A stretch of 45,162 bases of DNA from Flavobacteriales bacterium (GTDB lineage: Bacteria; Bacteroidota; Bacteroidia; UBA10329). The notes under the pieces are model-generated. The model was given only the letters and a program-made list of their open reading frames with translations, had not been told where the DNA came from and did no database searches. Location: the NCBI GenBank assembly GCA_049608805.1, contig JBMYXX010000001.1, positions 1-45,162 on the forward strand, in the 5' to 3' direction. Shown here one piece after another: positions 35,065 through 44,330 of this stretch. The translations under genes were made by a program, and so were the position numbers. Within the stretch, counting starts at the first letter, position 1. Each line of letters opens with the position of its first letter.

Positions 35065-37713
35065 TTGAATCGACTTTTACTTTTTCTCGTTTTATCAGTT
35101 TTCAGCATTAACGTTTTTGGCCAGGTAGATCATTGGGAAACCGTGGTTTACGACAGTTCAGAATGGAATTATATTGTTCCAACCGAAGCAGTTCCAACAA
35201 CTTGGGTAGAGCCAACTTTCGATGATTCTTCTTGGGATACAGGTCAAGGTGGTTTTGGCTACGGAGACGGAGACGATAACACTAATGCGGTAGGCAGGTC
35301 GGTGTTTGTTCGGCACACATTTAACATTTCAAACCTCTCAGATATTCAACAGATTTATCTGCATGTTGACCATGATGATGGCTACGCAGCTTATTTAAAT
35401 GGGCACGAAATTGCGAGAGATAACCTCGGAACAATTGGAGTGCCAACGCCTTACGATGAGTTTACGCCAGCCGAGCGAGAAGCAATCATTTATGCGGGCG
35501 GAGCTCCTGCGGCTGTAGAAATTTCGGTTTCAAGTTTGGTTGACGGAAACAACACGCTGGCCATTCAGGTGCATAACAGAACAGCAGGGTCTTCAGACCT
35601 TACTTGCCGTCCGTTTTTAACCATCGGCACCAGTTCTACAGACGTAGTTTATGGCCCAACGCCAACTTGGTTTAACCCGCCAACACCGCTGGTTTCGCAC
35701 TTGCCAATTGTAGTGTTAAACACACTCGGACAGACCATTCCTGATGACCCAAGAATTGTAATTGAGATGGGAATTATTGATAATGGCGAGGGAAATATGA
35801 ACTCAGAAGCTGACCCATTCAATGATTACAATGGACTGATAAATATTGAGCGCAGAGGGTCAAGCTCGCAAAGCTTTCCTAAGAAGCAGTACGCACTAGA
35901 AACTCAAGATTCTGAAGACAATTCCTTAGACGTTTCGTTGTTGGGTTTACCAACAGAAAACGATTGGATTTTGCACGCTCCGTACAGCGATAAAACCCTA
36001 ATGCGCAATTACCTCACTTATAATTGGTGGCGAGACATGGGTTGGTACACCACCAAAACCAAATATTGCGAGGTAATTCTTAACGGTCAATACCAAGGCG
36101 TTTACATTTTAATGGAACAGATAAAATGGGACAACGACCGAGTGGATGTTGAGAAAATGGACATGGACGACAATGTCGGAGATTCTCTAACTGGCGGTTA
36201 TATTTTTAAGGTCGATAAAACCACAGGTAGCGGCCAGTATGATTGGGAGTCTCATGTAGATGAGTTTCAGGGAGCGACAAAATTGACACTTTTTCAGTAC
36301 GATTACCCGAATAGAGATGCCATTACTCACCAGCAAGAAAACTACCTGCAGCAGTTTGTTTACGATTGGGAGCAAGCCCTAATTGAGCCAACTTACACCA
36401 ATGCAGAAACAGGTTACAGAAAGTATGCTGATGTCAATTCTTTCATCGATTTTTTCATCCTGCAAGAGCTCACTAAAAATGTTGATGGTTACCGACTTTC
36501 TACGTACCTCAATAAACAGCGCGATTCGCGTGGTGGCAAGCTTCAGGTAGGTCCAGCATGGGATTTTAACATTGCCCTAGGAAATGCAGATTACTGCGAT
36601 GGCGGAGAAACTGAAGGTTGGGCGCTAGAGTTCGTTTGCGACCCTAAGATTATTCCTTTTTGGTGGGAAAGAATGAATCAGGACCCAGTTTACTGGAACC
36701 AATTGCAATGCCGTTGGGCGGAGTTGCGCTCAGGTCTTTTGAGTTGGGAAAGCATCAACAGCCAGATAGATGAAAACGTAGGTCTTTTAGGAGATGCCAC
36801 AGGCAGGAATTTTGACCAATGGAACATTCTGGGCACACAAATTTGGCCAAACAATTACGTGGGCGGAACGTACACTGCCGAGATATTTTATCTCAAACAA
36901 TGGCTGGGAAACCGGATTGCATGGTTAGATGCAAACATTGGTTCACCAACGTCAGATTGCGCTTCAAGTTATTCTGATGAAATCACCATTTCGGAAATTA
37001 ACTACAACTCGCACGATACCATTGCAACAGACGATTGGTTTGAACTCCAGAACCTAACATCAGAAGCAATTGACCTTTCATTCTGGACGGTTTATGATGG
37101 CAATGAGTTTAACACATATACCTTCCCAATGGGAACTCAGATTCTGCCAGATAGCTTCTTGGTTGTAACAGAAAACGATGCTGATTTTGCCGCAGTAAAT
37201 GCAGCTGTAACCAACCGAATTGGTTCGTTTAATTGGGGAATTGGCAACGGAGGAGATGAAATAACCATCCGAGATTTCAATAATGATTTTGTGGTTTCTG
37301 TAGATTTTGATGACGATGCTCCTTGGCCAACCGCGCCAGATGGCAACAGCCAAACATTAGAAAAATGGGATTGGGCAACCAACCTAAACGACCCCGCAAG
37401 TTGGCACGAAGGCTGCCCAGGTGGTTCGCCCGGAAGAGCGTTTACTTATTGCGTTTATGTTAGTGTAAATGAAGTCGAAACGAGTTCAGTTTCTATTTAT
37501 CCAAATCCGGCAAAAGACATGGTTTGGGTTGCTTTAAGCCAACCGTCAACCGTTTCTGTTTACAGTGTTTCTGGGCAGAAATTGCTTTCTGAAAAACTGC
37601 AAGATGGAAGAAGTCAAATCAATGTTTCAGACCTCTCAGCGGGTCTTTATTTGGTTGAGATTAGTGCCGAAAACAGCAACCAACGTATTACCCAAAAGTT
37701 AATTATTGAATGA
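35065..37713 (+). CDS. CotH kinase-family protein with N-terminal galactose-binding-like domain, lamin-tail domain and T9SS CTD
   Basis: TTG start with signal peptide (M)NRLLLFLVLSVFSINVFGQ. The CotH core is paralogous to the previous gene (NDWILHAPYSDKTLMRNYLTYNWW, NGQYQGVYILMEQIKWDNDRVD, GPAWDFNIALGN). LTD-like segment: ITISEINYNSHDTIATDDWFELQNLTSEAIDLSFWTVYDG. CTD: SIYPNPAKDMVWVAL...GLYLVEI. Confidence 0.8.
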   Translation: MNRLLLFLVLSVFSINVFGQVDHWETVVYDSSEWNYIVPTEAVPTTWVEPTFDDSSWDTGQGGFGYGDGDDNTNAVGRSVFVRHTFNISNLSDIQQIYLHVDHDDGYAAYLNGHEIARDNLGTIGVPTPYDEFTPAEREAIIYAGGAPAAVEISVSSLVDGNNTLAIQVHNRTAGSSDLTCRPFLTIGTSSTDVVYGPTPTWFNPPTPLVSHLPIVVLNTLGQTIPDDPRIVIEMGIIDNGEGNMNSEADPFNDYNGLINIERRGSSSQSFPKKQYALETQDSEDNSLDVSLLGLPTENDWILHAPYSDKTLMRNYLTYNWWRDMGWYTTKTKYCEVILNGQYQGVYILMEQIKWDNDRVDVEKMDMDDNVGDSLTGGYIFKVDKTTGSGQYDWESHVDEFQGATKLTLFQYDYPNRDAITHQQENYLQQFVYDWEQALIEPTYTNAETGYRKYADVNSFIDFFILQELTKNVDGYRLSTYLNKQRDSRGGKLQVGPAWDFNIALGNADYCDGGETEGWALEFVCDPKIIPFWWERMNQDPVYWNQLQCRWAELRSGLLSWESINSQIDENVGLLGDATGRNFDQWNILGTQIWPNNYVGGTYTAEIFYLKQWLGNRIAWLDANIGSPTSDCASSYSDEITISEINYNSHDTIATDDWFELQNLTSEAIDLSFWTVYDGNEFNTYTFPMGTQILPDSFLVVTENDADFAAVNAAVTNRIGSFNWGIGNGGDEITIRDFNNDFVVSVDFDDDAPWPTAPDGNSQTLEKWDWATNLNDPASWHEGCPGGSPGRAFTYCVYVSVNEVETSSVSIYPNPAKDMVWVALSQPSTVSVYSVSGQKLLSEKLQDGRSQINVSDLSAGLYLVEISAENSNQRITQKLIIE

Positions 37714-37793
37714 GCGGTTTATGATTGAAAACGAATCCATCAATTCAATAATTTTGTTCATCAAATCAAACAGATTGCCACAGCGCGCCTAAA

Positions 37794-38660
37794 ATGTCTT
37801 GGACTAATTACCACAGCCACACAAATTACTGTGACGGCACCAACACTCCCGAAGATTACATCAGAAAAGCTCTAGAACTTGAAATGCCTGTTTACGGCTT
37901 TTCATCTCATGCGCCTGTTCCTTTTTTCGATTGCAAATGGGCCATGAAAATGGACGATTTAGAAAGCTATTGCGAAGAGATTTATCGGCTTAAAAAGAAG
38001 TATGAAGAGCGCATAGAAATCTTACTTGGTTTAGAGGTAGATTATATTCCAGAGAAGATGGGGCCAACGGCCGATTTTCTTCAAACCGCAGGTTTAGATT
38101 ATACCGTTGGTTCGGTGCATTTTGTAGATGCATTTACGGGCGGAAAAGGCTGGGAAATTGACGGAACGTTAGATGTTTTCAAGAAAGGATTGCACGAAAT
38201 ATTTAAAGGAGATGTGAAGGCTGCCGTATGCCGTTATTACGAGCTAACGCGAGAAATGGTGGAGGAAGATTGTCCGGATATTATTGGACATCTAGACAAG
38301 ATTAAAATGCAGAATCTGCGTGCCGATTTTTTCAAAGAAGATGAAAAATGGTACCGAGATGAGGTGATGCAAACCTTAGAAGTAATTGCTAAAAAAGACG
38401 CAATTATGGAGGTGAATACGCGCGGATTGTACAAGAAACGAGCAAACGAAACTTACCCAAGTAAATGGGTTTTGGAAGAAGCGCTAAAGCTTGATATCGC
38501 AGTTCAGATTAATAGCGATGGGCACGTGCCAACCGAAATCCTTGGTGAGTTTGAAACTGCTGCCGAGCTATTGCTAGATGTTGGTTATGACAGTGCTGTT
38601 ATCCTCATTGATGGCGAATGGGCCGAAGTTGGCCTGACCAAAGATGGCTACGAAATCTGA
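37794..38660 (+). CDS. PHP-family histidinol-phosphatase (HisJ-type)
   Basis: N-terminal NYHSHTNYCDGT metal-binding motif. Later motifs GSVHFVD, IIGHLDKIK and INSDGH are typical of HisJ/PHP phosphoesterases. Confidence 0.75.
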   Translation: MSWTNYHSHTNYCDGTNTPEDYIRKALELEMPVYGFSSHAPVPFFDCKWAMKMDDLESYCEEIYRLKKKYEERIEILLGLEVDYIPEKMGPTADFLQTAGLDYTVGSVHFVDAFTGGKGWEIDGTLDVFKKGLHEIFKGDVKAAVCRYYELTREMVEEDCPDIIGHLDKIKMQNLRADFFKEDEKWYRDEVMQTLEVIAKKDAIMEVNTRGLYKKRANETYPSKWVLEEALKLDIAVQINSDGHVPTEILGEFETAAELLLDVGYDSAVILIDGEWAEVGLTKDGYEI

Positions 38661-38679
38661 TTTCAGGTTGTAGATCGTC

Positions 38680-38700
38680 ATGCTGAACTTGTTTCAGCAT
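38680..38700 (+). terminator. Hairpin downstream of the PHP phosphatase gene
   Basis: atgctgaa-cttgt-ttcagcat: an 8-bp stem, 20 nt after the stop at 38660. Confidence 0.35.
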
Positions 38701-38715
38701 CTATTCTATTAGACC

Positions 38716-38737
38716 CTGTTCCGATAGCCATCGGAAC
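38716..38737 (-). terminator. Hairpin downstream of pdxH
   Basis: tgttccgat-agcc-atcggaaca: a 9-bp stem ending 5 nt from the pdxH stop (38742-38744). It lies in the convergent gap. Confidence 0.4.
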
Positions 38738-38741
38738 AAGT

Positions 38742-39398
38742 TCAGGGTGACAATTGCTCAATTTTCCAACTACTTCCGTCTTTCGAGTAAACAAACCTGT
38801 CGTGCAAACGGCTTGGGCGACCTTGCCAGAATTCGACACGTGTTGGTTTGACTGAATAGCCACCCCAATGTGGAGGACGCGGAACATCAATACCTTCAAA
38901 CTTGGTTTTAGCAGCATCAAGGTTTTTTTGAAGCTCTTCCTTTCCTGTAATTGACTGGCTTTGTGCCGATGCCCAAGCACCTAATTGGCTTTCGCGTGGG
39001 CGTTTACTCCAGTATAAATCAGACACCTCTTCGGAGGCTTTCACAACTGTGCCTTCAATACGAATCTGCCGTTCTAATTCCGTCCAATGAAAGTTGAGTG
39101 CCGCATTTGGGTTAGCCTCAATCTCCTTGCCTTTGTGGCTATTGTAATTGGTGTAAAACACAAAACCACCAGCCTCTACATCTCGCCAATACACGATGCG
39201 TGATGACGGCTTTCCATCAAGCCCAACAGTAGAAATACACATGGCGTATGGATCTAGAATTTGGGCATTTACCGCTTCTTCCATCCAACTAGCAAATTGC
39301 TCCATTGGATTATCATTTAGCAACTCACGTGTAAGCGGTTTGGCGGCAAAATCTCGCCTAACGCTGTTTATATAATTACGGACTTCTTCTAGGCTCAT
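38742..39398 (-). CDS. pdxH: Pyridoxamine 5'-phosphate oxidase
   Basis: The full length matches the PdxH pattern: RIVYWRDVEAGGFVFYTNYNSHKGKEIEANPNAALNFHWTELERQIRIEG, WSKRPRESQLGAWASAQS, PPHWGGY..P..VEFWQGRPSRLHDR. Confidence 0.95.
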   Translation of the reverse strand: MSLEEVRNYINSVRRDFAAKPLTRELLNDNPMEQFASWMEEAVNAQILDPYAMCISTVGLDGKPSSRIVYWRDVEAGGFVFYTNYNSHKGKEIEANPNAALNFHWTELERQIRIEGTVVKASEEVSDLYWSKRPRESQLGAWASAQSQSITGKEELQKNLDAAKTKFEGIDVPRPPHWGGYSVKPTRVEFWQGRPSRLHDRFVYSKDGSSWKIEQLSP

Positions 39399-39411
39399 TT
39401 CAAGTCTTTAG

Positions 39412-40464
39412 TTAAGGAGCAAATAACAAATTGTTCAGGGTTTGATTTCGAAGTAACCTTTCCTTTCTGTTGTTTACACCTTCCTTAGCTGCGAGCGCAT
39501 ATGCCTCAGGAATATTTTCTTCAAAAGCAGTCAGCTTTCGTTTGACTTCTTCTTTTCCAATAAGCGATAATCTATCAATATTGTTATAGAAGAGCACTAC
39601 CAAAGTAAAAAAATTGGCCTTGTTATACCAGTAACTGGTCTTTTTGAGCCTGAGACTTAGATAGAAAAGAGCTACCTCTTCTAAACCGTCAACGATGTCA
39701 TCCTTATTTTCAACCTCTTCAGAATATTCATCCAATAGATTATCCTTAATGTTTCGATTGAAAATACCACGTTCAACGGTCGCAATGATGTTTAGAACGA
39801 ACATCAGATGAACCATTCTTGAGATTTCATAATTGGTGAAGATTGGTTGCTCAAGAATAAGCTCTCTAAAAGAATCGCAGTCTATTTCCTTAGCCCAAGT
39901 CTTAAATTCTGGTGGTATGTTGGGGTTACGTTTTTTCGATTCCTCCGAATCAAAGTCGACAATTCCAGATAGCAGTTTAGCCAAAAGCATAAGTTCAGAC
40001 GCTGCATATTCGGTAGCAAGTTTTTCAATCTTTGTTAAACTGTAAAAAGTTCTATTAAGTCTTTGGAATATTTCAACTATATCAGGGTTGTCACTTTCCA
40101 TATCAAGCTCAATCAATGCAATCTCATATTTCAAGAAGTCTTCCCTTTCCTCTTTTGACAAATCCTTGTAGTGTTTCCCGTCAACCTTGAATTCATTACT
40201 TATATATTCCACAATAGAGTTCATTCGTTGTTGACCATCAACGACAACTGAGGTTGTTGTAAGTTCATCTGGGTTAAGTTCCCCTTTTGCTAGGAAAATT
40301 TGAGGGAACGGGTATCCTAGCAATATCGTTTTAATAAAGTCTATTTTGTGTATTGTTCGCCAGACAAGGTTCCGCTGAAAGTGGGGGGAAATAATCAGTT
40401 TTTCTCTTCTTATTTCTCCAATTAAATCTACCAATTGCCTAGAACGAATGTTGTATTTTATCAT
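39412..40464 (-). CDS. DUF262 (ParB/GmrS-like NTP-binding) domain protein without recognisable nuclease partner domain
   Basis: The N-terminus carries FQRNLVW, VVDGQQR (nt 40225-40239) and IFQRLN. The C-terminal ~200 aa are helical, with no H-N-H/DUF1524-type motif seen. The start overlaps the upstream stop by 4 nt. Confidence 0.7.
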   Translation of the reverse strand: MIKYNIRSRQLVDLIGEIRREKLIISPHFQRNLVWRTIHKIDFIKTILLGYPFPQIFLAKGELNPDELTTTSVVVDGQQRMNSIVEYISNEFKVDGKHYKDLSKEEREDFLKYEIALIELDMESDNPDIVEIFQRLNRTFYSLTKIEKLATEYAASELMLLAKLLSGIVDFDSEESKKRNPNIPPEFKTWAKEIDCDSFRELILEQPIFTNYEISRMVHLMFVLNIIATVERGIFNRNIKDNLLDEYSEEVENKDDIVDGLEEVALFYLSLRLKKTSYWYNKANFFTLVVLFYNNIDRLSLIGKEEVKRKLTAFEENIPEAYALAAKEGVNNRKERLLRNQTLNNLLFAP

Positions 40465-41072
40465 TTTAAATCCTTGTAAAGTTCAATGTTGTTTGACTGT
40501 TTAAACTCGAAGTAGAACGAACTCAAGTAAATTCCGGCATTGATCGATTTAAACAATTCGAAATGTGGTTCTGAAAGTTTATTGAAGAAGTTGAACCACT
40601 TCTTCTTAGCGTTTCCTGAGGGCATAAGGTCGGGACGAAAAATTCCTTTGGACAAATACTTTCTGTAAATAGGAAAATGTTCATCCCCATCCTTAGTTCT
40701 TCCGAAACTTGCAAGGTTGCTGAACCCCCTTGTTTCTCTGAAAACCATTTCCGTATAGTTGATGAACAAGTCTTTGTCCACTATCGCAATATCTAAATCC
40801 GATTCTCCTTCAATAAACCCCCTGTTTTTATAATAACTGTATCCAGTTTTAGCTGAACCTGCTACTTGAACAGCGGTAATTGGAACGTTGAAAAAGCTTG
40901 CAATTTTGTTTTGAATATCAAACTGAATTTCTGGCTTTCCATCAAAAACTTTGGTCGGAAAAGACAGGTATATTTTTCTTGCTACAATTTCATTTCTGAA
41001 TCCGTCAGCCAGTCCTTTGTCAATTCCTTCGTTGTACATCTTGTTTTCCGGGAGCCAAGTTAGCCAATTCAA
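40461..41072 (-). CDS. Small pol-beta-superfamily nucleotidyltransferase-like protein
   Basis: The signature hG[GS]...[DE]h[DE]h is present as VAGSAKTG-x15-SDLDIAIV (nt 40791-40859). The track start is TTG 41072. An in-frame ATG at 41039 (MYNEGIDKG...) is an alternative. Confidence 0.55.
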   Translation of the reverse strand: MNWLTWLPENKMYNEGIDKGLADGFRNEIVARKIYLSFPTKVFDGKPEIQFDIQNKIASFFNVPITAVQVAGSAKTGYSYYKNRGFIEGESDLDIAIVDKDLFINYTEMVFRETRGFSNLASFGRTKDGDEHFPIYRKYLSKGIFRPDLMPSGNAKKKWFNFFNKLSEPHFELFKSINAGIYLSSFYFEFKQSNNIELYKDLK

Positions 41073-41097
41073 TATTCCATAGGTTTGAAACTTTCAA

Positions 41098-42336
41098 ATG
41101 AACGAACAAAAACTCCTCATCATCGGCACCGTTTTCCCAGAACCGAATTCTTCGGCTGCGGGAACACGAATGTTGCAGCTAATTGAGTTGTTTCAAAAGC
41201 AAGGTTGTGAAGTCACGTTTGCAAGTGCTGCGGCAGATAGTGAGTTTGCAGTTAATCTTTCTTCGATTGGGGTAAAGCAAGTTTCGGTTAAGATGAACTG
41301 CTCGTCTTTTGATGAATTTGTCAAAGAACTCAATCCGCTGATTGTGCTCTTCGACCGTTTTATGACCGAAGAACAGTTTGGTTGGCGTGTGGCTGATTAT
41401 TGCCCAAATGCTCTACGTGTTTTAGACACAGAAGACTTGCATTGTCTACGCCATGCCCGACATCAGGCACTAAAGGAAAAACGAGCATTTGTTCAGTTAG
41501 ATTTGTTGAACGAACACGCTAAACGAGAGATTGCCAGCATTTATCGTTGTGATGTTTCGCTCATTATTTCTGAGTACGAAATGGAATTACTAAAGACGGT
41601 TTTTAAAGTAGATGAAGCTTTACTTCATTATTTGCCTTTTATGCTTGAAACCATTTCAGAATCTGACCAAAAAGCATGGTTGAACTTTGAAGAAAAACAG
41701 CATTTCGCCACAATTGGCAATTTCCTTCACCCACCAAATTGGGATGCGGTTCAACACCTCAAATCAGACATTTGGCCGCTGATTAGAAAACAACTTCCCG
41801 AAGCTGAAATCCATGTTTATGGTGCCTACACGCAGGATAAACACCGCCAGTTGCATTCCGAAAAAGAAGGCTTTCTCATTCTTGGTAGAGCTGAAAATGC
41901 CAAGGCAGTTATTGGCAAAGCGAAAGTGCTTTTAGCGCCTTTGCGTTTTGGAGCTGGACTAAAAGGCAAATTGGTAGAAGCTATGCAATGCGGTACGCCA
42001 AGCGTTACCACAAAACTGGGAGCGGAAGCCATGCCCGGAAACCTGTCTTGGAGTGGGAAAGTAGCTGATTCTCCAGAGGATTTCGCGCAAGCAGCTGTTA
42101 AGCTTTACGCAGACAAACCTGCTTGGGAATCGGCTCAATTAAATGGTGTTGAAATTATCAACGAAATCTATCCGAAGGAAAAACTGGGAACGGAATTCAT
42201 CCAACGGATTGAAGAATTACAATCCAACTTGGAAAGCCATCGAACCCAGAACTTTATTGGCTTCATGCTTATGCATCATAGTATGCGCAGCACGGAGTTT
42301 ATGAGTAGGTGGATTGAGTTGAAAAACTCAATGTGA
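41098..42336 (+). CDS. GT-B fold glycosyltransferase (GT4/GT1-like)
   Basis: N-terminal Rossmann start: KLLIIGTVFPEPNSSAAGTRMLQLI. The C-terminal donor-binding region VLLAPLRFGAGLKGKLVEAMQCGTPSVTT is typical of retaining GT-B enzymes. Confidence 0.7.
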   Translation: MNEQKLLIIGTVFPEPNSSAAGTRMLQLIELFQKQGCEVTFASAAADSEFAVNLSSIGVKQVSVKMNCSSFDEFVKELNPLIVLFDRFMTEEQFGWRVADYCPNALRVLDTEDLHCLRHARHQALKEKRAFVQLDLLNEHAKREIASIYRCDVSLIISEYEMELLKTVFKVDEALLHYLPFMLETISESDQKAWLNFEEKQHFATIGNFLHPPNWDAVQHLKSDIWPLIRKQLPEAEIHVYGAYTQDKHRQLHSEKEGFLILGRAENAKAVIGKAKVLLAPLRFGAGLKGKLVEAMQCGTPSVTTKLGAEAMPGNLSWSGKVADSPEDFAQAAVKLYADKPAWESAQLNGVEIINEIYPKEKLGTEFIQRIEELQSNLESHRTQNFIGFMLMHHSMRSTEFMSRWIELKNSM

Positions 42337-42433
42337 ATTTTCCATCGGTGTTAGGGGCGCGCCAAAATATTTATTCGGTAATTCCCTTTGATAGTCGTTT
42401 ATTGTGGTATTATCATTCAAACTGTTCTAAGAA

Positions 42434-44314
42434 ATGACAAAACAATTTCTCTGTCTGGCAGGCTTTCTTGCTTTGCCGTTTTTAACCTTCGCTCAAGTTA
42501 ATCCAGTACAATTAGGAAGGGCATCAAATGCCTTTAGTGCTATTAGAAACAATCAAAACCAAGTGGTTGCGCATAGTGCAAGTCAAACTGTGGCGTTTAT
42601 ACACCGACAAGATGTTACTATCTGGGGTGGAGGTTCTGCCGAAAGCGGTAAGTTAAGAGTAGACATGTCTACAGATGGCGGAACTACTTTTTCAAACGAT
42701 CAAGGACCGTTAAATCAGGTTTATTTGCAAACGAGCAGGTACCCGCAAATTGTTATTCACGGAGACGATTCTAATCCGTTCGCGAATGAAAAGGTATGGG
42801 CCGCACCTACATATGGCGGCAGCACTTGGTCCGGAATAGCTAACGGGGTATCTGACTCACCAAGTTCATCTACTGAGAATTATTCGTTTCAAGGCGTGGG
42901 CACTTATCTACCAGGTGGTCTTTGCCAAGGCTTACCGGGCGAGTATTGGATGGCTGATAGAGATTATAATGGTTTGGCACTTGAAGATACGGTGCGCGTG
43001 TTAAAAGGAACTTACAACTCTAATACTGCTGATGTTGACTGGGATGTTCACAAAGAGATTGAATTGCCAACCTCTCTTTCTTACGATGGTTTTTCTCGTG
43101 TTTTAGACCCAAATATGGCCTTCTCGCCAGATGGTCAAACGGGCTGGGTAGCAATGTTGGGAGATTTAGTTGGAGGGTCAGACTCAACGTATAATCCGAT
43201 ACTCATTAAAAGTACAGATGCCGGAGCTACTTGGGAAAACCCAATTGAGGTCGATTTAAGAACAGCTACGTTTACAAGTGGAGGAACACTTGCTGAAGAA
43301 TTACAGGAGCTATGGATAGATGCAAACCTAAACCCGGCCTCAACCGGCAGGCCAACTTGTTCGTTTGAGTTTGATATTGTTGTTGACGCTACTGGTGCAC
43401 CACATCTATTTACCATTGTGGGCTCGGCTGCGACTACCATAAGCCCCGTGCAAGCATATAGCTATAATAGCGGGCTCGCAAAGCTTGCTGTTGATATAAC
43501 AACAGTAGATGGCGGACAAACTTGGAGCCTGCACAAAGTTTCTCCAGTCTATACGTTTAGAGGTCAGTTTGGAACTCCCGATAATGATGATGGTAGTTTA
43601 ATGTCAATGGATAATTACCCACAAGTTTCAAGAAGTTCAGATGGCTCCCACATATTCTATAGCTGGGTTGACAGCGATACTGCTGAATTCACAGGAGCGC
43701 AATTGGGAGTCGGTTTTGGAGAGGTAGATAATTTGGCACCCAACCTTCGAATTGCTGGAAAAAGAATATCTGATGGGTACGTAAGTTGTCCTAAATGGAT
43801 AACACAAGGTGATTTGATTTGGGATGGGAAAGCCCTTTGGCCAACGATGGCTCCTGAGGTTCTTGTTGATTATAGCGGGGCTGAGGCGCTATACAAATTG
43901 CCTATTGTCGCTACAGAGATGATAACAAATGTCCAGTCAGAACCTTGTCTATTTTGGTATTTTGGAAATGATGCCACAATTACCGAATCAGACTTTTGGG
44001 GAGAAGCTGAATGGGTCAATACAGATGATTGCTTTAGCAACCCAACTGTTTCTGTCAGCAATAACGAAGGGCAGGAGGAATTGGCTCTTTACCCTGTTCC
44101 CGCTTCCGATGCTGTCCAGTTAAAAGGTTTGAACTCAACTACGCAGTACACTCTAGAATTGGTCAATCAGCTTGGCCAAATTGTTTGGACCGAATCAGTC
44201 CATGACCAAAATCAGGGTAGGGTCGATGTTGCAAAATTCCAAAACGGATATTATAACCTGAGAGTAATCTCAGATACTGGAATGCAGATTAAGCGATTAG
44301 TGATAAGTAAATAG
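42434..44314 (+). CDS. T9SS-secreted BNR/Asp-box beta-propeller protein
   Basis: Signal peptide MTKQFLCLAGFLALPFLTFAQ. Four Asp-box-like motifs: STDGGTTFS, STDAGATWEN, TVDGGQTWS and SSDGSHIFYSW. CTD: LALYPVPASDAVQLKGL...GYYNLRVIS. No FRIP sialidase motif was seen. Confidence 0.7.
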   Translation: MTKQFLCLAGFLALPFLTFAQVNPVQLGRASNAFSAIRNNQNQVVAHSASQTVAFIHRQDVTIWGGGSAESGKLRVDMSTDGGTTFSNDQGPLNQVYLQTSRYPQIVIHGDDSNPFANEKVWAAPTYGGSTWSGIANGVSDSPSSSTENYSFQGVGTYLPGGLCQGLPGEYWMADRDYNGLALEDTVRVLKGTYNSNTADVDWDVHKEIELPTSLSYDGFSRVLDPNMAFSPDGQTGWVAMLGDLVGGSDSTYNPILIKSTDAGATWENPIEVDLRTATFTSGGTLAEELQELWIDANLNPASTGRPTCSFEFDIVVDATGAPHLFTIVGSAATTISPVQAYSYNSGLAKLAVDITTVDGGQTWSLHKVSPVYTFRGQFGTPDNDDGSLMSMDNYPQVSRSSDGSHIFYSWVDSDTAEFTGAQLGVGFGEVDNLAPNLRIAGKRISDGYVSCPKWITQGDLIWDGKALWPTMAPEVLVDYSGAEALYKLPIVATEMITNVQSEPCLFWYFGNDATITESDFWGEAEWVNTDDCFSNPTVSVSNNEGQEELALYPVPASDAVQLKGLNSTTQYTLELVNQLGQIVWTESVHDQNQGRVDVAKFQNGYYNLRVISDTGMQIKRLVISK

Positions 44315-44330
44315 AAATTTACCGTGAACA

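Noticed and set aside
38678-38980. A 100-aa minus-strand ORF overlapping the pdxH 3' end and the convergent terminator region.
   Set aside because: It overlaps pdxH out of frame and spans the two hairpins. It has no independent support.
39399-41097. Treating the low-GC NTase/DUF262 pocket as a discrete mobile element, with a search for flanking direct or inverted repeats.
   Set aside because: No integrase or transposase is present, no adjacent tRNA, and I could find no convincing flanking repeats by eye (ttcaagtctttag versus aatattccataggtttgaaactttcaa). Horizontal origin remains possible but is unsupported beyond composition.
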